Program-made: the position numbers and the translations under genes
Shown here: piece by piece, positions 12,101-21,030 of the stretch
Layout of the letters: each line of letters begins with the position of its first letter
Position numbering within the stretch: the stretch's first letter is position 1
Notes under the pieces: generated by a model
Seen by the model: the letters and a program-made list of their open reading frames with translations, nothing else
Told to the model about the DNA's origin: nothing
Database searches by the model: none
Source: Chiloscyllium plagiosum
Lineage: Eukaryota
DNA length: 44,494 nucleotides
Direction of reading: 5' to 3'
Assembly: GCF_004010195.1 (NCBI RefSeq)
Contig: NC_057719.1
Coordinates: forward strand, 21,621,509 to 21,666,002

Positions 12101-12508
12101 AGGATATTGAGGGGGGGACCTGATTGAGGTCAACAAAATCATGAAGGGTATAGACAGGGCAAATAGAGATAAACTTTGTCACAGGGTGAAGGATTCAATA
12201 ACGAGAGGTCAGGTGTTCAAGGTGAGAGGTGTAAAGGTTAAGTGGGATATATGTGGCAAGTACCTTACACAGAGGGTGGTAGGTGCCTGGAACGCATTGC
12301 CAGCAGAGGTAGGAGAGGCAGTCACAGTAGATTCATTTAAGATGCGTCTGGAAAGATGCATGAGTAGGTGGGGAGCAGAGGGAAACAGATGCTTAGGAAT
12401 TCTGTGATAGGTTTAAACAGTGGATTTGGATCGGCTCAGGCTTGGTGGGTTGAAGGGCCTGTTCCAGATTGTAAATTTTCTTTGCTCTTTGTTCTGTGTT
12501 CTTTGTTA
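9102..12508 (+). mobile_element. CR1-clade LINE, nearly complete but disrupted ORF2 (APE endonuclease + RT) and 3' UTR
   Basis: EN motifs (ITETW, YYRP, MGDxNFP, LDLV, SDH), RT motifs (KSPGLDGI, NYRPVSLTSVVGKLLE, QHGF, DFSKVFDKVPH, GVPQGSV, FADDTK) and the C-terminal LERVQRRFTRM; many stops and frameshifts; (TTCTTTG)n-like tail. Confidence 0.95.
9729..10195 (+). mobile_element. 5'-truncated CR1 3' fragment nested in the endonuclease region of the 9102-12508 LINE
   Basis: Host reads ...ttggacct|ggtgttaggg (LDL|VLG) when it is removed. The insert encodes PGLEDLSYRERL...RGDFIEVYKIM and ends in (ATGACTCT)n. Confidence 0.92.
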
Positions 12509-12624
12509 CAACTCGTCCATGCCAACCAGATATCCTAAATTAATCTTGTTCAAAGTTTGTGCGAAGATTTATAGCTCGGGTGCTCGTTGCTGTGGTTCTG
12601 TTCGCCGAGCTGGAAGTTTTTGTT

Positions 12625-12664
12625 GCAAACGTTTCGTCCCCTGGCTAGGCGACATCATCAGCGC
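12625..12664 (-). ncRNA. Minimal type I hammerhead ribozyme motif, copy 1 (core intact)
   Basis: Minus strand: GCG-CTGATGA-TGTC(GCCTAGCCAGGG)GAC-GAAACGTT^TGC, with palindromic stem III AACGTT. Confidence 0.75.
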
Positions 12665-12774
12665 TTGGGAGCCTCCTGCGAAGCGCTTCTTTGATGTTTC
12701 CTCCGGTGTTTATAGTGGTCTGTCCCTGCCGCTTCCGGTTGTCAGTTTCAGCTGTCCGCTGTAGTGGTTGTGTT

Positions 12775-12814
12775 GCAAACGTTTCGTCCCTTGGCTAGGC
12801 GACATCATCAGTGC
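12775..12814 (-). ncRNA. Minimal type I hammerhead ribozyme motif, copy 2 (core intact)
   Basis: Minus strand: GCA-CTGATGA-TGTC(GCCTAGCCAAGG)GAC-GAAACGTT^TGC; stem I GCA/TGC. Confidence 0.78.
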
Positions 12815-12991
12815 TTGGGAGCCTCCTGCGAAGCGCTTCTTTGATGTTTCCTCCGGTGTTTATAGTGGTCTGCCCCTGCCGTTACCAACCACTACAGCGG
12901 ACAGCTGAAACTGACAACCGGAAGCGGCAGGGACAGACCACTATAAACACCGGAGGAAACATCAAAGAAGCGCTTCGCAGGAGGCTCCCAA

Positions 12992-13031
12992 GCACTGATG
13001 ATGTCGCCTAGCCAGGGGACAAAACGTTTGC
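12992..13031 (+). ncRNA. Hammerhead motif, copy 3 (inverted, core mutated)
   Basis: GCA-CTGATGA-TGTC...GAC-AAAACGTT TGC, with a G>A change at 13021 in GAAA. Confidence 0.65.
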
Positions 13032-13974
13032 AACAAAAACTTCCAGCTCGGCGAACAGAACCACAGTATTAATCTTGTCCCATTTGCCAGCACTTGACCT
13101 ATATCCTTCTAAACCATTCCTATCCAAATGCCTTTTAAATACTGTAATTGTACCAGCCTCCACCATTTCCTCTGGCAGCTCATTCCACCCTCTTTGTGAA
13201 AAAGATGCCCCTTAGGTCCCTTATAAATTTTTCCCCTCTCATCCTAAACTTATACCTTCTAGTTCTGCACTCCCCAACCCAGCGAAAAGATCTTATCTAC
13301 TCACCCAATCCATGCCCCTCACAATTTCATAAACTTCTATAAGGTCACCCCTCAGCCTCCGATGCTCCAGGGAAAACAACCCTAGCCTATTCAGCCTCTC
13401 CCTATAGCTCAAATCCTTCAACTCTGGCAACATGCCTGTAAATCTTTTCTGAACCCTTTCAAGTTTCACAACATCCTTCGTATAGGAGGGAGACCAGAAT
13501 TGCGTACAGCATTCTAAAAATTTCTTAATCAATATCCTGTACAGCTGCAACATGCTGACTCCATCACCTCCATTGTGAGGTTTCTGGGTGGCTGATGATG
13601 ATTCCACGTAAATAATTCCAAAATTTGATTTACTCTTCATGTCGATCTTTCTAAGCCAAGTGTATTCTCACAAATTGAAAAACAACTCAGCAGATCAGCA
13701 ATTTTATCCTCTGGTCTTTTGAGGTAATACCAGTGAATTGTGACAACTGTGACTCAGAGGGAGCTTGTTATTCTCAACAGAATCTTGTGTGTCTGTGGGG
13801 AGGCAGTTCGAGTGTTGAACCAGAGGCAGCAATCCCCCTGCTACCGCCTCCACAGTAACTTGAGAAAAAAATTGCCAAAGACCATATTCTCTTTAAATTG
13901 TATTATTTTGACAGTTGTGTATTGAGAAATGCAACAGGCTTTTTCTGCACCATTCCAAAAACTACCTCCCAATC

Positions 13975-14075
13975 TGCTCTTCCATCTCTGTTGCTATTGG
14001 GGGGGTGGGGTGGGGGGTCTATAGAAAACTCCAAATAATGTGACTGCTCTTTCCTGTTTCTGACTTCCACTCATA
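13975..14075 (-). mobile_element. CR1 endonuclease-region fragment
   Basis: Antisense of the ESVWVEV.N......LGVFYRPPN region. Confidence 0.5.
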
Positions 14076-14104
14076 CTGACATTTTCACGTACACTTTCCT
14101 CTTA

Positions 14105-14203
14105 TCGAGTTATAGAGTCATGGAGATGCACAGCACGGAAACAGACCCTTCAGTTCAGCTCGATCACGTCGGCCAGATGTCCTAAATTAATCTAGTCCCA
14201 TTT
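14105..14203 (-). mobile_element. CR1 3' tail fragment
   Basis: atagagtcatggagatgcacagcacggaaacagacccttcag...aattaatctagtcccattt, same family as 9055, 28430 and 41040. Confidence 0.85.
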
Positions 14204-15120
14204 CTAACAGAGACTTTAAGTCCCCAGCTGGGAGAATAAATATAAGGTCATAAAGACAGAGAGTAAGACAGGATTATAATTTTGCATTGTTTTCCCTAAA
14301 TAGTTGCCACGCATTGCGCTGAACCACTTTTCCGTATGCTGGAACCTCACACAGATTTCTGGAATTAAAAGGAACATCAAGTGAAAAATAGGAGGAAATG
14401 AGACAGAGACAGAGAGAGACAAAGAGGGATCACAGATACAAAGATATGGGATCTGGTAATGGAATATAAATAATTCATGCTCCCTGTTTCACTGGAACAT
14501 CTTGAAGGTGTCAGCAGCGTATGGACTGAATAAGGTACCAGTCATCTGTGGTTCTATAGATATACATCATAACACAAAACAAGAATAAGTAAAATTAGGT
14601 AATGGATATTCATTTCAGGCATTTCTCTCTGTTCAAGGAGAACACAGAGTGGAACTTTCCCTTCCCTGTTGTGGCAAGAATTAAGGTGATTATGATGGCA
14701 AATTACAGCAAGAACAAAAATACAATTGATTAGATTCTTGACATTGAGAAAAATTGTCTAAACTTTCCCTTAAGGCTTAAATGGCACCCTTCAGATTCTT
14801 GTTGTTGAGAGAATCTATTTTATTTCTATGTATTTGCATCTTATTAAGTCTCCCACTTAATCTTTTAAATTCTATTTAAATCACACTTCCAAATTTCCTA
14901 CAATGAGAAACTAGGCGATGTAAATTTGTGGCAGGTACCTGGAAGTTTCAGCTCACTGTATGCTTCGCCCAACCATTATGCGACTGCTTCTTCTTCACAA
15001 CATCCTTGCATTGTCCATGGCCACCATCCCGGTTGACCCTCGCCCACACAACTCTGCTTCATCCAGCGGCATCATATTATCGTGCCTCTTCTCATACCAA
15101 CTCAACCTTCAACACTTTAC

Positions 15121-15768
15121 TTTGGAGCTGTGGCTTTAATAGGTATATTTTTGTCCTGGGTTTTTTTAAAAGGAGGTTTGAAGGCAGAGGTGTGGAATGA
15201 TCTACTTGAACCACTGGAGTAAAAACTTGAAGCCTTGGATTCTTTTTAAAAATTCAAAAAATAGAAGCAGCCTGAATGGGTGTGGTCAAGATCTCAAAGA
15301 ACCAGGATCTTAGTTTAGTTTTTCTTTTGTTTTTCAGTTGCAACAGTTATTGCTGGAGTCTCGGCAGAGTTGGAAGCTGCAGTAAATCTCTCCCGGCTGC
15401 TACACTTTCTCTGAGTTTTGTCTTGATGCTTTTTCCTTCTGGCTATAGGAGTTGTATGTGAGACAATCTGTTTTCTGAAATTGCCTTTTGCCAAAGGGAT
15501 GTATAGATGGGACATTACTATAGTGGAACAGTTAATAGTTACTGTATCTATTTTTCTGTTATGTTTTCCAGTAAAGTGAAGTTATTCCAATTTCTGCTCA
15601 TTTTGTTGTATTTTAACTTTAGTGGATGAATAAAGTGTGTTTTGCTTTAAATCCGATAGTTTGACCAATCAAATTGCAACACCTTATATTTACCTTTAAA
15701 TAAGAAAGATGTTATGGTCCAATCTATCTTCTCAATACATTTGAGGGGGTCAGGTCTGCTCCATAACG
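15121..15768 (+). mobile_element. Solo-LTR-like element
   Basis: About 650-bp block with imperfect terminal inverted words (ttggagc ... gctccataa), AATAAA at 15629 followed by GT-rich sequence, and a ...ccataac end; no clean TSD. Confidence 0.5.
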
Positions 15769-16523
15769 CTTTTACTTGCATGCTTCTGACAAGCAAGCAG
15801 GGGTGGCCACACATTTCATGAAATGACAGAGGTTGGTTTTGTGCTGGCACGAAGATATTGATTTCATTGTTCTTTGCTTGTTTTTTTAGGCTCTAGCATC
15901 TGTGGTTTAACTTGCCTTTCAGTGCAGAGTGGGTGGTAGGCAGAAGAGTGCCGAACAGTAAATCTATCATATAAACAAGGAATGAACTTGTGCACTGGGG
16001 GCATCATCTTGGAGCCTCAGCAGCTTACACCACAGACACATTGCACATGCTTCAAGCCAAGGGTTAATTTGAAAATCAAATTGGGGGGGGGAGGCGAGTG
16101 TACAAACAGGTGATGGGAGACTACAGTCAGTCAGCAAGTAAGGCTCCAGTCACTCAAGGGAATTGTTTGAACACACTACTTAGAACAGGGGTGCTGTTGA
16201 GACATTATCCAAGTGGTGAGTCATTTATTGCTTTAATAAGACAGAGAGGGTTTGAGTACAATGGAAATGGATCTAAAAGCAGTCAGTGCTCATGCTTCAG
16301 CAAGAGTGGTGGTGAGATGCCCCCAGTGGGTGAAAAGGAAGTGCAGAGGGCAGGAGGGATTCATAGTTTGGGAGGATGACACGCATTTGAGCCCTTGAGT
16401 ACACATGATGCATTGAATATTGAGAGTTGCAGTATATCAGCCTTGATGCAATAAGTGTGCAGTGGCTGGGTTAGAATGACTGGTGGCCCTGTGAGTGCGA
16501 AGGAGCAGAGTGAAGATGATGGC

Positions 16524-16621
16524 ACTTACTGTTGTAGAGCACAGAGGATCACTGACGTGCTTGCAGACTGCTGGGCATCTCCATTGACACAGGACACAAC
16601 ACTGACCCATGCTGCAATTTC
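16524..16621 (-). mobile_element. Harbinger-type Myb/SANT ORF remnant (C-terminal helices) ending at a GTAAGT donor
   Basis: Minus strand: EIAAWVSVVSCVNGDAQQ, a 1-nt frameshift, then CKHVSDPLCSTT|GTAAGT, resembling WxEIAxxVSxxxxxxRTxxQCRKKxNDL. Confidence 0.5.
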
Positions 16622-18429
16622 TGTGCCAAGAGACATGCTCAACAACTTGGTTACATATTTAATTAGGTTAAAATGTGAAAAATTATTTGAGAAAATCTGC
16701 CCAAATTATGGTGGACTGGAAGCCATGAGCAATTTTGCCACTATACTTAACTGCATATGGGAAAATTCTGTTCTTCGTCACCGTCTAGTTTCTCTCCACA
16801 TGGAAGAATAGGAGATGGCGTATAAGCGAAGTGACAGTCGGTGCCAACGACGGGCATGCATGCATACACGCAAATAGGCCTTTCGATGCTCACTAGTGAG
16901 ATTGTTATCCCATCCTTCAACACCTGGTTGCAGAATCAGACATTTTTTTTCTCAATGTCAATAATCCTAATTTTTCTGAATTTACCATATTTTCCCAACT
17001 GACCCACCATTGCCGATACATTCCAGGGCTGGGAAGATTCAGTCCATTGTTTTAGATTAAACTTGTTTCAATTTCTTGCCAACTCTCGTGTTAGGGCTAG
17101 TTCATGCTGAGGTATAAGTGACAGCTTCCATCTAATACCCTACCCAGGTAGGCAATTTTCATTGAACCATGCCAGTGAATGGCAATGGGCTATTCATTAG
17201 GGATAATGCTCTGCATCATTAATCATTCTTCAATTAGCATGATTACATAAAGTACTTGTGAGCAGTGACTCACTGGATATTAATTGCACTCATGAATTCT
17301 TGTTGATTTCCCACCAATTCTGTTCATGTGCACTGAGCTCTGACTTCACTCTTTGCACGTTAAATTTATTGAAAAGGAAATGCAATGTGCAAAATAAGCA
17401 ACAAGCCAGTAAACACAGAGGTATGAAATTCATTTGTGTATTACTTCAACAAAATTGTTTAAAATGAGCAGTTTCACTTAAGGAATACAGATTAGAAATT
17501 TGTGTGCTGGCATTAATATGCTCAATATTAAATCAAAGTGCAAACTTATCTCATAGATCAATTCCTTAAAATTAAAAGAAAATGTAAGGTTTAATTTTTC
17601 AATCGCATGTTTGAAAACTCATTCATTGACGTTCTAATGAACAACTAGCCCTACAACTCTGCTTTTGGTATTGTTTTTCATTATACAGCGCTCTTTATAT
17701 CTGTGTCCCTGGTGATTATGACAGTCAATGATTAGAGGTTAATAAATGAACTACTCTCAATAGACACGGTTAGAGACTGTTGCAACAGGCTAGCATGCTG
17801 TGCCCAGTATTTCTCCACTTGCTCACCAGCAGGGCTAGATTCTTCCATTCTTCATTCTTTTGTCTCTTCCTGGATTGCCTGTCGGCAAGGGTTGTTACTC
17901 TGTAATTGACAATGACTACTTTGTGAAGCAAGGCAATAGCTGCAATAAAACAGTTTTGTTGTCATCAGTAACAACGAGATATTTATAAAGTCCTTTTACA
18001 ACTTTCAAGGTGAATAACTTTTGAACATATAGGTGAAAGAAGCAACCTGCAAAATTGTCACATTGCAACATAACTTATAAAGCTGTTTTATGGTTAATCT
18101 TGTTACTTGACATTAACACAGAAGCCGATTGAAATGTTGACAGTAGAAGTAAAGGAAAATACAATTGAACAACGGAAAATTTGATTGAACAAGATATTCC
18201 AGATATGATGGTTTTATTGAATGGTTGAATGTGGAACTGTGTTGTTTAAAAATGTTATGAATTGTTTTCATGTGTTACTTAAAATTTGCTTCAAATGTGT
18301 GCATGTCCAAAGTAAAGTTAAAAATTGCAGAAATAATTTATCCCACTCTTAGCATTGGAATGTGATTCTAATTGTGGGTTTTAAGATCATTTTTACTCTC
18401 AATGTCCTGTCAGGAGTATTAGTCCTTTG

Positions 18430-18760
18430 TAACACTGTCATTTCTGAGTTGAAAGATTATGAGCTTAAATTCAATGCCAGAGATGTGAGTATAAGAACTA
18501 GGCTGACACTGCACTGATGCACTGCCAAATTCTCCATTGTCCAAGGTGCTGTCCCTCCCAAGAGATATTAAACCAAGCTCCACCTGGCTTCTCGGGCACT
18601 TGCAAAGGATCACTTTTTTTTAGGGGAGCTTTCCTGGAGTTGTGACCAATATTTATCCTTCAACCACTTTCATTTAAACAGAATACCAGGCCAACGGCTG
18701 TTTGTGGAATCTTTCTGTGTGCAGCTCAGCTGTTATATTCCTACATTATAGCAGAGACAT
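18430..18760 (+). mobile_element. DeuSINE (SacSINE1-like), degraded
   Basis: Deu-domain-like words (aggctgacact...aggtgctgtc...gatattaaaccaag; cctgg..gaccaatatttatcc; tttgtggaatct..ctgtgtgca...ttcctacatta). Confidence 0.65.
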
Positions 18761-19112
18761 CTGGTCTCATTTTGACAATTAGATTTCTCCAAGCTCTGAA
18801 ACTTTATTCATGTTCATTTGTGAATGACTGAGCTTCTCTTCAGTTGCTATTCATTTTGGTGTTAAGACATCTTCATGTTTTTCCTCTTCTTCTAGAGAAT
18901 GATCGGCGTGAATGGCAGCTCCAGTCTATGTCACTCTTTGCTGAAGGAGTAAACTAAGATCCAGAATGGCCTCTTGCCACTGGCTATCTTTACTTTTTAT
19001 CCCTCCTCCTTCTATTAGCTCGAGCTTTTCTTTTGAGAGAAATAAAAGATCTGTACTATCTTCATGTAGGCTGAGCGTCTGTGTGGTAGAGATTGATTCA
19101 AGATAAACAAAG

Positions 19113-19239
19113 GGCTGAAGAAGGGCTTATGCCCGAAATGTCGATTCTCCTGTTCCCTGGATGCTGCCTGACCTGCTGCGCTTTTCCAGCAACACATTTT
19201 CAGCTCTGATCTCCAGCATCTGCAGACCTCACTTTCTCC
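19113..19239 (+). mobile_element. 127-bp HHR-headed PLE-derived mini-element with a 15-bp TSD
   Basis: TCAAG(A/G)TAAACAAAG at 19098-19112 and 19240-19254; core CTGAAGA-AGGGC TTAT GCCC-GAAATGTC at 19115-19142. Confidence 0.85.
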
Positions 19240-19824
19240 TCAAGGTAAACAAAGACAACTTCAGTTGCTCTATAACTGCTAAACAAGGAATATTTGAAGT
19301 CCCACATGGTTCTACGCTTAAGATAAAAATGTCACAGCCATTAGAAATAACATACAGAATATCAGCTATCTCTCTCTTCTTGCAGTGAAGAATAGCAGTT
19401 ACCTATCTCTGCACTCATTTTGGAAATGGATAACAGAACCTCACTCTGAATATTGGATAATTGAAGAAGGTGATGCTTCATGCATGGTGCTGAATATGAA
19501 ATAATGGTCACTGGGAATTCCTTATTCCAAATAAAGTCAAGTTCCTTGCTGTTAATTTTAATGTTATAGTATTGATCCTGTGAGTGCCGTGAATCTGTTG
19601 TATCTGGATATCAGAAATCATCTGGTGCAATGATGGCCAACCTTTCACACAGAAAGGAAGGGCACATTTTCAAATTTTCACTTTCTCAGTCATGGGAAGG
19701 TTGAGGGAAAGTTGATGGGACATGAACTTCATTTAAAAAAATCAAAAGTTGTCACTAAAGAATGAAGCCGTAGTTAACCCTTTACTCCACATGTAGGCCC
19801 CCCTCTTGGCCTGTGCAACAGAGG

Positions 19825-20425
19825 CATAGACATCAATAGCATGGAAAAGGCCATTCGGTTTATCACATCCACACTGGTCAAAAACGTCCTCCTAACTACT
19901 TTAATCCCATTTTCTAGCATTTGGCCCATCACCTTGCATGCCTTGCCATTGCAAGTGTGCATCTAAATACTTCTTAAACATTATGTGGGATTTTGCACCT
20001 ACTGTCCTGACAGGTAGTGAGTTCCAGATCCCCACTACCCTCTGAATGAAAAGGTTTTGTCTCACATCTCCTCAAAACCTTCTGCCATTTACCTTAACTC
20101 TATGACCCCTTACCCCTGTTTATTGATACCTCCAGCAAGGGAAAAGTTCCTTCTTGTCTACCCTATTTATGCCCCTCATAATTTTATTCATCTCAATCCT
20201 GGCTCCTCTCAATCTCTGCTCGAAAGAAAGCAATTTCAGTCTGTCCAATTTCTCTTTACAACTCAACACTCCAGCCCAGGCAACAGCTTAGTAAATTTTC
20301 TCTGTACTCTCTCCAGTTCTGTCACATCCTTCCTGTAATGTGGATTTCAAAACTGCACATAATACTCTAGTTGTAGTCAAACCAACCTTTTATGCAGTTT
20401 CAGCATCACGTCCATGCTCTTAAAT
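19825..20425 (-). mobile_element. CR1 LINE 3' region
   Basis: Antisense 3' UTR (agcatggaaaaggccattcgg) through the ORF2 C-terminus (ctctccag...cacatccttcctgtaatgtgg...aactgcacataatactctag). Confidence 0.8.
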
Positions 20426-20759
20426 ATCTACGAACTCTGGAATAAATAGCAAGTTGCTGTTTGCGTTATATTGTGACATAGTGACACTCTGTCTATAGGC
20501 AGGTGTTTCAAGTAATATTCATTTTTAATGTGACACAAGATTCACCTGATGCCTTGCCAGCCAAATGCTCCACACTGTGTGATGCTACAAATACAATCCA
20601 GAAGTTTGTTTTCTCGCAGACAGCTACCATTTATGAGTTTAAGCAGTAGATGACATGTTAAAAAACCGAAAGCATGATTTTGAAGCAATTAAATATTACA
20701 AGAAGAGGCCATTGACTTCTTGGTCTACAGTGAGTTTGTAACAGCATTGTGACTTTAAA

Positions 20760-21030
20760 TTCAGATTTTTTATTGAAATTGGGTTTCATCATCTGCAGAA
20801 TCAGCATGGCAGGATTCGAATCCAGGTTCTCTGGCATAAAAAATCTCTCAATCACACCACGAAGTAATTGCATTCCTCTTAATAGGTCAGCTGGAGAGTA
20901 CACTGCGAGGAAGAGAAAAATGTGGGACTATGGGGAAGGAGCAGGAGAGTGCAATGAGTTGGATCATTCTTTCAAAGAATTAGCTGAGCTGTGAGGGGCC
21001 AAATAGCTTTCTTCCTTGCAATATGATTTG
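20760..21030. repeat. Short degraded SINE/LINE-tail fragments
   Basis: catggcaggattcgaatccagg (antisense B-box-like) and a CR1 3' UTR-like segment (ggactatggggaagg...tctttcaaaga...gggccaaatagc). Confidence 0.4.

Larger units (their letters stand above)
12550..13067. mobile_element. PLE pLTR-type insertion with tandem plus inverted copies and an 11-bp TSD
   Basis: TSD ATTAATCTTGT at 12539-12549 and 13068-13078. 181-bp inverted arms at 12590-12770 and 12886-13066. Tandem partial copy 12771-12882 of the segment starting at 12621. Confidence 0.88.
9055..13556 (-). mobile_element. Antisense CR1 3' fragment split into three pieces (9055-9101, 12509-12549, 13068-13556) by later insertions
   Basis: Joining the pieces restores atagagtcacagagatgtacagcatggaaacagaccctccagtcca|actcgtccatgcc...attaatcttgt|cccatttgccagc, as in the intact copies at 28430-28530 and 41000-41098. 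ORF 13293..13640 encodes the CR1 C-terminal motif CTQFWSP...LERVQKRFT...RLRGDLIEVY. Confidence 0.88.

Noticed and set aside
12590..13066. CRISPR array or DNA transposon TIRs
   Set aside because: Eukaryotic context with no unique spacers. The arms are asymmetric to the TSD (40 extra bp on the left) and carry HHR motifs, as expected for PLE inverted pLTRs.
14960..15070. Second exon of the Harbinger Myb ORF (KKQSHN-like)
   Set aside because: The similarity is only a few residues and there is no convincing acceptor.
16889..16900. 12-bp palindrome CTCACTAGTGAG
   Set aside because: Several 12-bp palindromes are expected by chance in 44 kb, and there is no supporting structure.
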